Shown piece after piece: positions 14,791-31,287 of a DNA stretch of 64,000 nucleotides. The translations under genes and the position numbers were made by a program. Below the pieces are notes generated by a model. The model was not told where the DNA came from. It did not search any database and saw only the letters and a program-made list of their open reading frames with translations. The stretch is from Eledone cirrhosa. Its lineage: Eukaryota. The stretch is taken from the NCBI GenBank assembly GCA_964016885.1, contig OZ024740.1:187736001-187800000 (forward strand). The letters run 5' to 3'. Within the stretch, counting starts at the first letter, position 1. Every line of letters starts with the position of its first letter.

Positions 14791-17229
14791 TTATCATTAT
14801 CACCATTTAACATCAACTTATCTATGCTGGCATGTGTTAGACAAATTATCCTGTTGTGAGCATGCCAAGTCAGTTGACCATGTCTTGCTGATTTGGGCTT
14901 GGTTTCTACAGCTGGATGCCCTTCCTAGCACCAACCTCATTACAGTTTACAGTGAATACTGTATGCTTTTCGATGTGTCACCATCACAACCACTTTAGAG
15001 TGTGGGCTGGAGCCTTCACTGGATGTATACTTCAGCTTCATCTAATGGGGGATATATGGGAATGGGTGGGGTTGGTCATATATATACACACATATATATA
15101 TATACACATACATATATACACACATACACACACATACATATATACACACATACACACACATATATATATACACATACATATATATATATAAATATACACA
15201 CACACCACACATATATATATATTCTCATGTGAAGACAAGTGCACAGTCAAAATATTAGCACTCTTAATTCAGCTTGAAAATAACAGCAAAACTGCAATAA
15301 TACTGCTAAAAGTTTTATTTTATACATAGATCAATCAATATATTTGTATATAAATTGAAGCTGACATAATATCACAAGATGTTAGCCAAATATGAAAAAT
15401 GTGTATTGTAAAACATTATCTAGTCTACTTCCATAACATTATGCTTTGAACGTAAGTGTTCAAAAAGAAATTTATACCATCTGACCAATATCTTGAACAA
15501 TGCAAATTCTTTTCTTTATGTAAATATACACATATGAACAAGCGGACAACGCACACATACATATGGATAAATAAAATACACACACGCATGCTGAAAGTGT
15601 ATAAATGTGCGTGTCTGCATATTTTTCGCATCATTTTTATTCAACAAAGAATTTTAGTCAAAAAGAGTAGTGAATATTGACTGGATATTTGTGTTCTGTA
15701 GAGCATGTATATAAGCATCTGGTTTGTTAACTCCACCTTGGAAATTGCCTTGAATCAGATTTTTCTCTTGTGTGCCTTTCTTTGAGGTTATAGTTTTATG
15801 TGAATGAGAGTTTTAACTACTTAGTCAACCATGACTAAAAGTATAGGTTCAAAGCATAGAAAATATATTTGCTTTTTGTTTTATATATTTCGCTTTCTTT
15901 ATATTGAATGTCTTCATTTTGTTATAAACCTTTTTTCAAAAGTCTCTGGAAGTTAGTTAGTTTCATGCTGTTCAATACAAAAAAAGTAAAGGAGGAAGAA
16001 ATAAAGAGATACATGAGATGGAAATCAATGTAAACTTAACGTTATTCCCTTAATAAAATATCCAGGCATTGCCAAAATAGACCACTAAGGAAAATTAGTT
16101 TAATCATAAAAAGAAAATTGACAAAATTATCAAATATAGAACAAATTTCTTTGAAAGGTGCCAAAAATTACAAATACAAGTAAAGCAACATTGTTACTTG
16201 TATTTTTTAATCAAATAAAACAAAAGAAAGTTTCTGCAAAATTCTTTAAAATTATTGCTTTTTTAACATCTGAATTTTATTTCATGTTAAAGAGAATTTG
16301 ATGATAACAAATGAAAAATGCTTGCTACAAATCTAGAATAATATTAATGTTTATTAGTTATTCTTGTGGAATTAATTTACTCTTTATTATCAAGTATGAT
16401 ATCTGTATACATTATATCAATACATGAGTAGCAGCACATGAATGCATGCATTGCATAGAATTCCTGCATAAATGCATGAACATGAATTATTTGCTGTCTT
16501 ATATATTTCACTTAAATTCTGCTGTTCTTATGTCATTCAGAGATGTGCAACTTTGACAAATATCAGAAGGATGCAGGATTTAGCTTTACTTCCCAATACT
16601 TTGAGTGGTAATACTGCTAGATTTGACCTTTCAACTTTTATGGTCAATAAACAATTGCCAGTAATACTACAATAAGCTCAAGTTTGATTAATTATATTTT
16701 TGGCTCATTGAAATAACTATGCTAGCTCCCATTTAACTATATTTTTATGAAGGTGATCCTTGGCAATGGCCCCATCCTCAACAATCTAATAATTTTATTC
16801 AAGTTGTCATGCCTGACAATGTTTATATATTTAAAATTCTTTCACTCATCTAAAACTGGGAAGTAATAAGACTATGCATTGCTGAGGAGGTTCAACAAGA
16901 CTGACATCAGACTATCTTTCCTGCATACTGTCATTGAAATTTTTATTGATTTAGATTTCAGAGTTATCTCCTCTTTTCGTGACTTATTCATTTAAATAAT
17001 GGGCTTTTCTCTTCCTATGGGTGTAATTTTAATTGATGTAAATAGTTGGCTCACATCATTAAATATGTTGATCCCCCACATAACTGAAGCTTATCTCTGG
17101 ATAATCCTGAGTCATTCAATTAACTATGCAAAATAAAAATATATATATATCTGTTAGACACGTAGTGACTAACAACAGAATATTTTAAGTCTGCGTGTCT
17201 GACATATATGCGTAGCTTCTCAATAAAAT

Positions 17230-17433
17230 ATTCAAGGGGTGTCGCTGGCCGTGGTGATCGCTGCCAAACATGATTTGTAATCTATTGTCTTATTGGCTAA
17301 TCAACCAACGAGAGTAATTGTTGATCAAAAGCATCCGCCATTTTGTTTGCACATTTATTTATCGTTTTGCTTTCGAATCTTCCTCCTGTATTTCGTCGTT
17401 ATTCATCAAAATATTTTTCTCGTTTTGGTAAGT
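17230..17433 (+). promoter_or_regulatory. Candidate Pol II promoter and non-coding first exon
   Basis: Local CpG cluster in CpG-poor surroundings. ATTGG (reverse CCAAT) at 17292-17296, YY1-type CCGCCATTTTG at 17335-17345, pyrimidine-rich leader, and TTG|GTAAGT donor at 17428-17433. Confidence 0.5.
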
Positions 17434-17879
17434 TATATTGTTAATTTATATATGATTTTTTTAATTTATATTAACTATTTTTTTTAGTTCGTTATAACAT
17501 GCTTATAATATTGGTTGTATCATATTTACTTGTATATTTGTCCATATTATTGTTCGTTTTATATTAGATTATTTTATTATTATTATGTTAGATTTTTTTT
17601 TTATTATTGCGTCAGACTATTTGTATGTAATATTTAATTTTTATTAATTCAACTATAACAATTATTATGTAAAATATATTTATTTAATATTGATTGTTTT
17701 CTGTAGTTGTTTATATTAAAAGTCTGAAAATATTTTTATACATCATACAATAATATTTATAAGATCATTTATAAAATAACAAATATATAATCTAATTACA
17801 TTACAACGATAATTTATTAATAATGTATATATCATGTTTAACTAGAGTTATTACAAGCGTTGCCTTAAAAAAATATTAA

Positions 17880-18325
17880 ACTAGACCTGAAAAATGTGCA
17901 AGCTCAAAAGAGCCACAGAATGTTATAATAAACCTTCAAAAGTGTGGGACTAGAGTTGTTGCTAAAAAATATTGTAATCATTATATATCGTACACTCTGT
18001 GGTATCCTTTTATAAAAAAGAGACTCATAACGAACTCAAGACGACACGATAGTTATTTTTTAGAATTTAAAATATAGAATTCGGTTTAAGTGCATTCCGT
18101 ATTAATCATTAGTAAACATCTAATATGAGATATTGAACATTAGCTTAAATAATTATCGTGTCGTCTTGAGTTGGTTATGAGCCTCTTTTTTATAAAAGGA
18201 TGCCACAGTGTGTACGATAGATAATGATTACAATATTTTTGAGCAACAACTCTAGTCCCACACTTTTGAAGGTTTATTATAACATTCTGTGGTTCTTTTG
18301 AGCTTGCGCATTTTTCAGGTCTAGT
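17880..18325. repeat. Fold-back element: ~180-bp inverted arms, right arm abutting (TA)n
   Basis: 17880-18058 (actagacctgaaaaatg...) is the reverse complement of 18147-18325 (...catttttcaggtctagt). Spacer about 90 bp. Confidence 0.85.
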
Positions 18326-18350
18326 ATATATATATATATGTGTGTGTGTG

Positions 18351-18381
<31 letters not shown>

Positions 18382-18404
18382 GTGTGTGTATATATATATA
18401 TATA

Positions 18405-18435
<31 letters not shown>

Positions 18436-18500
18436 GTGTGTGCATATATATATATGTGTATATATATATATATGTGTGTGTATATATATATATGTGTGAG

Positions 18501-18583
<83 letters not shown>

Positions 18584-18622
18584 GTGTATATATATATATG
18601 TGTGTATATATATATGTGTGTG

Positions 18623-18653
<31 letters not shown>

Positions 18654-18732
18654 GTGTGTATATATATATATGTGTGTGTGTATATATATATATATATGCA
18701 TATATATATATGTGTATATATATATATGTGCG

Positions 18733-18786
<54 letters not shown>

Positions 18787-18828
18787 ATGTGTGTGTATAT
18801 ATATATATATATATTATATATATATATA

Positions 18829-18869
<41 letters not shown>

Positions 18870-18916
18870 ATATATATATATATATGTGTGTATATATATT
18901 TATATATATATATATA

Positions 18917-18963
<47 letters not shown>

Positions 18964-19022
18964 ATATATATATATGTGTGTGTATATATATATATGTATA
19001 TATATATATGTGTATATATATA

Positions 19023-19113
<91 letters not shown>

Positions 19114-19132
19114 ACATATATATATATATATA

Positions 19133-19177
<45 letters not shown>

Positions 19178-19206
19178 ATGTGTATATATGTATATGTGTA
19201 TATATA

Positions 19207-19273
<67 letters not shown>

Positions 19274-19308
19274 GTGTATATATATTTATGTATATATATA
19301 TATATATA
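18326..19308. repeat. Compound (TA)n/(TG) microsatellite array
   Basis: About 1 kb of TA with G interruptions. Confidence 0.95.
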
Positions 19309-20312
19309 ATTTCAGGTTATCAATAATGTAGTGATAATATATCGTTACGTTAGAGATGAACAGCGTACGTGCAGGTTTGCTCAACGAGTATAAATTATAT
19401 TCCGGAGAAATGTAGAAAGGATGAATATAAAATGAAAGTGCTTTTGTTAAAAAAGGAATTTATTAGTTATTGACATATGTTTCTGTAACAGACCGAATAC
19501 CTATGTATCGCTGCTTGCGTAATCATATAATGTTAGCAAGTATTCGATAGCAAATGTATAATCAGTTGTCACTTCTTCAGAGATTTTGGATAAACTGGAT
19601 AAAATCAGAAAAATTGAAGTATTTATATTAGTAAAAGAGGAAGGAACAGAGGGGATAGTATATGACAGATGGTAAAATAATTTACTGCTAAACAAGTATA
19701 TAATGGGTTTTTAATGAGAATACCATGAGTAAATCTAAATAAGAATTTTGGGAGTACCAATTTTAATCTCTACTTGACCAACTGGACAGTGGACAGGGCT
19801 GGTCATTTGGTGCAGTAGTATTAATTATAAAGTGTCAATTGGGGAAGGGGGAGATTTCGATTGCTACTAAATAACATCAATGCTAGTAGCCAGCTGGTAT
19901 ATGCATTAGGGAATTGAATCAAGAAATCAGAAATCTCATTTTATCTATAGCCGTTTGTATTAAAAGGTAAATAATAGAAGAGTTGATTGAATTAAGACTA
20001 ATAAAGAATGTTCATATCTATTTTGACAATCAAACGGGGATAGAGACAGGCGTTCAATCCTGGTAGTATTTATAATATGAAAATGTAGATTTTAAGCGAT
20101 GGTTACAGTATAACGATCGCTCTATTCTGTTATTTAATAAAATGTTTTTGGATTTCATAATACAAAATAATTCTACATTACATAATTTACAAAATTCCTG
20201 TCCATGGGGTTATGGGGTGGCAGCCGCTATTATATCCCATTTTAGGTGAAATTGTTGGTTATTTAAATTCCTTTTTTAACAAAAGCACTTTCATTTTATA
20301 TTCATCCTTTCT
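19309..20312 (-). mobile_element. Penelope-like element family G, 3' fragment with inverted end piece
   Basis: Manual translation of 20054-20263 (-) gives [51 protein letters not shown], a PLE endonuclease C-terminus. 20264-20312 is an inverted copy of 19413-19462. Confidence 0.8.
19466..19586 (-). ncRNA. Hammerhead-like motif with long stem II (stem I degenerate)
   Basis: Minus strand reads CTGAAGA-aGTGACA...~80 nt...TGTTACa-GAAAC atat GTC. Palindromic stem III ACATATGT. Stem I pairs poorly. Confidence 0.5.
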
Positions 20313-21408
<1,096 letters not shown>

Positions 21409-21502
21409 AGTAATAATAATAAATTTGAAGACTAAAATCCAAAGAGGGCTCGATAAGGATAAATATATATCAAATATATAAGAACCGTAGAGCAAATATT
21501 TA

Positions 21503-22463
21503 TTACCTCGACGTTACCCTCAATTTATTGAATGGGTTGTATTACCCGTATAGAAAGCCGAATGATACGCTTAATTGCATAAGTAAGCATTCCAACCATC
21601 CTGCCAGCATAACCAAGAACCTGGTAAGAAACGTTTCGTTGAGGCTTTCCCGTCTTTCCACCAACGAGCGTATTTTCAACGACCATTCCACTTATTACAA
21701 TGAAGCTCTTGCTCGAAGTGGATTTGTCGATAAGGTAGCATATACAGAGTACGAAAATAGACCTAGAAGAAATAGATCCCGTCGCATTTGTTGGTATAAC
21801 CCACCATATAATATGGAGGAGGCCACACCATTAGCTAAGATCTTTCTTTCCTTTATTACGAAGCATTTTCCCGCTACACATAAGTATAGTAACATTTTTA
21901 ATAGAAATACTATTAAAATTTCTTACTCTACGACTCTTAACCTTGCACATAACATCACAGCTTCAAATTTAGCTAAACTACCTGGCCGTAGGAACACGTG
22001 CAACCCTGTAGTTATTACTAACTGTAATTGTAGGAATCGGGTTGATTGCCCCCTATCCGGGAAATGCCTCTCTAGTAACATTATCTACAAATGTAAGGTT
22101 GTAACACCCACGTCCCGTAGGGCCTACATAGGGTTAACCGCCAATAGATTCAAGCAGCGTCTTTACATGCATACCCATTCTTTTCGTTACTCTCTAAGAA
22201 GGAATATGACGTCACTTTCAGCTTATAGCTGGAGTCTAAAAGACAACCACACTCAATATAATTTACACTGGGAGATCCTAGCTAGGGCTAGATCGTATAA
22301 CGGAAATAAAAGACCATGTGACCTCTGCGCCGCCGAGGCCCTGGAAATACTCTACGCCACAGACCACATCTTAAACAAAAAATATGAGGCAATTTCGGCT
22401 TGTAAACATAAATTGCACAAAACTTTCCTGTATTACAGCCCCACGTTATACCCTAACGGATAG
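21503..22463 (+). CDS. PLE polyprotein fragment (RT thumb, Cys linker, GIY-YIG endonuclease), 5'-truncated
   Basis: 311-aa ORF-track frame extended upstream to the junction. PLE motifs [27 protein letters not shown] and CDLC. Confidence 0.85.
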
Positions 22464-23431
22464 TACGATTTATACGTCTTGATGTGGGAGCTAAGTATGT
22501 TTTGTATATACCATTACTTATTTGCATAGGTAAGTTTATTTTACCCGTATGTTTTGTGAAGGTATGTATACCTTCTCGTACGTATATTTGATTGTTTATG
22601 TTATATTTGATTGTTTATGTTTATGTTATGTTATAATTTCATATATTCTGGTACATATGGTTTGGCTATGTGTATACAGGAGTTTTGCGTCTGTGTGAGT
22701 ATGTAGGTTAGTACGTATGTAGGGTGTGTGTATATGTGTACTTCATGTTTTGGTTGACTTACGTCTCCGAACATTCGTGTATTTACATGTAGGTATGTGT
22801 GTGCGCTTGTTATATACGTATTTATTTATTTATATACGTTTATATAATTATATATTTATTTGTATACACGCATACACACACACATATTTATATGTGCGTG
22901 GTTTTGTATACCGATGGTAAGTGTTCTGCGTATGCTTGTGTATGTAAGTATTTGTTTGCGTGTATGTATTTGTTTGCGTGTATGTATTTATTGCGTGTAT
23001 GTATTTATTTCTATTACTTCTGTATTGTATTTATTTACTTTGTTCTTAACTCTGTAGCGGAGATTCATTCGGTCTCCTAGTTAGAATTTTAGTCTACGAC
23101 TTCTGCTATACCCTTTACGTGGTTTTGTCATCGTGTTCTCCACGCTCCACATATGACGTATTAATCTTCGTTTTTTTCGTTCATTGCCAGAGAACGTCTC
23201 TATGAACCACCTAAGAGAACGTTAGTCTACGACCTCTTTTATACCATAAACGTGGCTCTGTCTTTGCGCGTAATTGTTTTTCACCGCTCCTATTAATGAC
23301 GTATTATATTCGTTTTTTCCCGTTCTTTGCCAGCGAACGTTCCCACGAACCAAAGTATCGTCTTCCTGTCTTCTTCCGGTTGCACCGTTTTTTGAAATAT
23401 CCACTTCTGCGTTTACAGATTGACTTTGTGA

Positions 23432-23480
23432 GTTTCAGAAGATCCCGTTAAGGGTGAAAGCAGCGATTATTTGCTTAAAC
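23432..23480 (+). ncRNA. Hammerhead-like motif, variant core CAGAAGA (family A)
   Basis: GTTT-CAGAAGA-tCCCgttaaGGGt-GAAA-GCAgcgattattTGC-TT-AAAC. Confidence 0.65.
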
Positions 23481-23532
23481 ATTAATCTGTTATTTTAATA
23501 AATATATATATATATATATGTGCATATATATA

Positions 23533-23765
23533 AAGGTTAACATATACATAAAGTTATAGATATATACATGTTGCAACTGGTCACTTTTAAGCTCTATGGA
23601 GAATTAATAACTTAAAAAATCAGAGCAATATATCATAAATCATGTCTTTAGAATCATCAGATAAAATATATACTATTTCTTCTTCTAATTAGCATAATTA
23701 TGCTAATTAGAAGAAGAAATAGTATATATTTTATCTAATGATTCTAAAAAGATGATTTATGATAT
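23533..23765. repeat. Spacer-less ~135-bp palindrome plus ~95-bp one-sided tail in (TA)n (family H)
   Basis: 23630-23765 is a near-perfect palindrome centred on gcataattatgc. 23533-23629 is unique. Confidence 0.85.
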
Positions 23766-23768
23766 GTG

Positions 23769-23841
<73 letters not shown>

Positions 23842-23850
23842 TTGTGTGTG

Positions 23851-23881
<31 letters not shown>

Positions 23882-23898
23882 ATATATATATATATATA

Positions 23899-24037
<139 letters not shown>

Positions 24038-24128
24038 CGAAGGAAATGTGGTAAGGAACCAGGTGGACCATAACGCACCAAAGTACTCGATACTTGAGGT
24101 AGTAGAGTGGGTAATAGGAACCAGTAAG

Positions 24129-24222
24129 ACCCCGACAGCTGAGCTCAAGCCGTTTCGACGGCTAATTCTGGACTAAATGAAAATTTATCCTGGTATTTAA
24201 ATAGCCGATCTTCTCAAGGGGT
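24129..24222 (-). ncRNA. Hammerhead ribozyme, U3-A8 variant
   Basis: Reverse complement of the motif at 25138-25231. Confidence 0.75.
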
Positions 24223-25137
24223 AATTCCATATATGGTCAAAGTGATTGTCAAAAATCAGTAGTAATTCTGTGGTTGCAAATTAGTAGGGGAGATGGTGGC
24301 TAAACCTGCCAGTAGGAGAAAGAGGGGAGGGGGTGGAGTAGACCCAATCAAGCGTTGGTAGTGCCAGCTACAGCTGGGCATGAGGTCAAAGAAGATACAG
24401 GGGAGGGGGAGGGAGAGGAAGTCGGAACGGTAGGTAGAACAATGGGGGGTAGAAATAGGAAAGAAAAAATACTGAGAGTGAAGAAAAGCAAATAAGTGTA
24501 AAGAAAAAAGTAAAGTAAATTAAATTCTACGACCTAGGTCTCAGGCTATTGTTAGGCTAGAATAAAATAAATAAAGAAAGAAAGAAGTAAATAAATAAAT
24601 AAATAAAGAAATAACGAAATAAGTAAAAGAACTAGGTGGGACGGAATAGGCAAGGACCCTTTTAAGAGGTATAAGTACGTAAATGATACGGTGACGGGTC
24701 AACAAGAGGGGCCAAAATACTAAAGAAACTACCACGAAATAAACAATAAAGGTTTCCATCCCGGGCCAGCAACGACCCAGTGCAGCAAAGTGAACTTGTA
24801 CGAGATAATAATTCTGAGTCCCGAGAAAAATATATACTAATGCTAACTCTAAAAGATCTAAAACAAGCTACATGAAAGTTCGTACGAAATAAAGGTAGAA
24901 TACGGAGAAATAAATTCAGAATCCACCCCGCCCAGAAGAAAAGCGAAGCAAGAAATACTGAAACGAAAAAATAAGGCATAAGTGCCACTAAGAAATATAG
25001 AGGGCACCGAGAATAGTGGGAGCGGTCGGAAAAAGGGGGCAAGTATCCGGGGTCTAAGCCAACTGCTATAAAGGGCGGAGTCCGCCAAATCTATCATAGA
25101 CTGATTTTTGATAATCACTTTGACAATATATGGAATT

Positions 25138-25231
25138 ACCCCTTGAGAAGATCGGCTATTTAAATACCAGGATAAATTTTCATTTAGTCCAGAATTAGCC
25201 GTCGAAACGGCTTGAGCTCAGCTGTCGGGGT
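25138..25231 (+). ncRNA. Hammerhead ribozyme, U3-A8 variant, GUC site at 25224-25226
   Basis: ACCCC-TTGAGAA-GA(t)CGGCTA...TAGCCGTC-GAAAC GGC ttgagctca GCT GTC-GGGGT. All three stems pair. Confidence 0.78.
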
Positions 25232-25258
25232 CTTACTGGTTCCTATATATATATATAT

Positions 25259-25357
<99 letters not shown>

Positions 25358-25751
25358 AAAGAATAGAGGTGTGACACACAAGTTATTATATATTGGTAAA
25401 CGGAATAGAAAATGCTGACAAATTGTTCACGGTTGAAAAATGGTTTAATTAGGAATAAAAGAGTATTAGTGATTGTATGGGTTAGTATTCAGTTGTGGTT
25501 TTAAGTTTTTAAGTTTTTACCGGTTGCGCATTTCTAAATGCTTTTCAAAAATAATTTTGAGATAGAGTGTCCGTGCTGTTTGCTCTGATCTGATTAGTTT
25601 TGGGAATTCTACCTGTTTTTATGTTAAAAAAGTGGCTCCAGCGTTATTTTTGTGTTGCAAAAATGCTTGTGGTCAAACAATTTTGATTGGTCGGTAGAGG
25701 TCATGTGAATGTAAAAAGTTGATTTTGCGCCAAGACTGTTTTTATGTTAAA

Positions 25752-28721
<2,970 letters not shown>

Positions 28722-29590
28722 ACGTTATTCCGGGTTGAATCGGAGGTAACCACAGTAAGTAAGGTACTCAATACATAGCAGAGTATAACAGTTTTAATAT
28801 AGATGAGATTCTACAGGACTAGAACTGTTTCATTCATTAGAAATCATCAGGAATCTGGGTATCAAAAAATAAATATGGTATTTATAGGTCTCTACAAGTG
28901 GTAGGAGAGGGTGGGGTGTGGGATGGGTGCAGGTCATTGGTTGATAGAAAAGGGAATTCATTAAAAGCTAATTCTACAAAGCTATAGTTAATTTATATTT
29001 ATTTATGTTTTTAGAGTAACAAAGGCAGACAGAATTCTATAAACAGGTTCCGGATGGCATACCATTCCTTGTCAATAAGTTTCTCTTAAGCTAGCAGATG
29101 TCTATAAAATCAGTGGGGGGTCATTCATGCTCGATAGAATTAAAGAAAAGGGAGATTCTTTAAAAGCTAAAGTCATTAAGGTTCTACTAAGTGACAAAGG
29201 TCTAGGGAATTCTGCAGACAGATTCAAAATACTGAGTGCATATCTTACTATTATCTTCGAACTTCTCTTAAACTAATCAACAATATGCCAAATCAACAGA
29301 CACATTCACAAAAAAACAAAAAAACCCCAAAAAACAAAAAAACAGATAAACAAAAAAAACCACACCTAAAAAACAAAAAAACAAAAAAACACACATACTC
29401 ACTCACACATTTACGCGCAACCATAAACACACACACAAACACATATACACACATAAAAACACACACACATATATAAAAAATATATAAATATATACAAATA
29501 TATATTCATGTACACACACATACATACACACATACATACATACATACATAAATAAAATACATATACACATATACATACGCACACATATAT

Positions 29591-29665
<75 letters not shown>

Positions 29666-29768
29666 TACATATACACATATATATATATATATATACACAC
29701 ATACACACACACACACATACATACATATATATATACATACACATATATATACATACATATATATTCAA

Positions 29769-29850
<82 letters not shown>

Positions 29851-30090
29851 ACACACACACATACACATACATACACACATACACACATATATACACAAAT
29901 AAATACACTCACACGCATACATACAAACACGAGTATACATATGTATAAATATCTATACACACACACATACACACACATATATATATATGTGTATATATAT
30001 ACACATATATATACACACATACATACACACATATATACACATATACATATATATATACATACACATATACACATATATATATATATATAC

Positions 30091-30131
<41 letters not shown>

Positions 30132-30414
30132 CACACATACATACATACATACACACACATATATACATATATCTCTATACACACACATACAGATACATAT
30201 ATATATATATATATATACATACACATACACATATACACACATATATATATATATATATATACATATATGTCCATACATACACAAACATACACATGCATAC
30301 ACAGACCTATACATAAATATACACATATATATACAGACATATAACGCACATATACACACACATATATACATACACACATATATATATATACACACACACA
30401 CTCTCTCTCTCATG

Positions 30415-30494
<80 letters not shown>

Positions 30495-30765
30495 CATACA
30501 TATACATACACATATATATATATGTATATATACACACACACATACAAATACATACATACATACACATACACATATATATACATATATACATATATATACA
30601 CATATATATATATACATATATATATACACACATGCATATACATATACATATACAAATACATACACATACATACATACACATACACACATACATGTACATA
30701 TACACTCATAAATACACACACATACACACATATATACATATACATACACACAAACACATACATAT

Positions 30766-30805
<40 letters not shown>

Positions 30806-30839
30806 GCACACATATACACACATACACGCACACACACAC

Positions 30840-30892
<53 letters not shown>

Positions 30893-30981
30893 CATATATA
30901 TACATATACATACATATATATATATATACATAAACATATACACACACATATACAAACATACATATACATACATATATATAT

Positions 30982-31020
<39 letters not shown>

Positions 31021-31230
31021 CATATACATACACACATACATGTACATACATATATATATATATACACACACATATACATGTATATATATATACACACATA
31101 CATACATACATACATACATATACACAAACACATACAAACATATACCTACAAAAATATACACACATAAAACACGTATTCACACAAACATATATACATACAC
31201 ACATATATATACACACATATATATATATAT

Positions 31231-31287
<57 letters not shown>

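Larger units (their letters stand above)
21409..23503 (+). mobile_element. Penelope-like element family A: inverted tail, RT thumb, GIY-YIG and pLTR
   Basis: Frame from 21503 reads [21 protein letters not shown]...SNHP (RT end/thumb) to stop at 22463, with CxCx5Cx5C and IY-YIG motifs. 21409-21504 equals the terminal tail seen at 7082-7176, here inverted relative to the ORF. (TA)n on both sides. Confidence 0.92.

Noticed and set aside
17880-18325. MITE or Helitron interpretation of the fold-back (actag...ctagt ends)
   Set aside because: No clear TSD and no TC 5' end or subterminal hairpin. The one-sided TA junction better matches the two-tailed class, though a MITE is not excluded.
21503-22463. 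GIY-YIG ORFs as a host gene, homing endonuclease or selenoprotein-type PLE
   Set aside because: They are fused to an RT thumb, multicopy and truncated. The endonuclease is C-terminal, and no conserved in-frame TGA or SECIS was seen.
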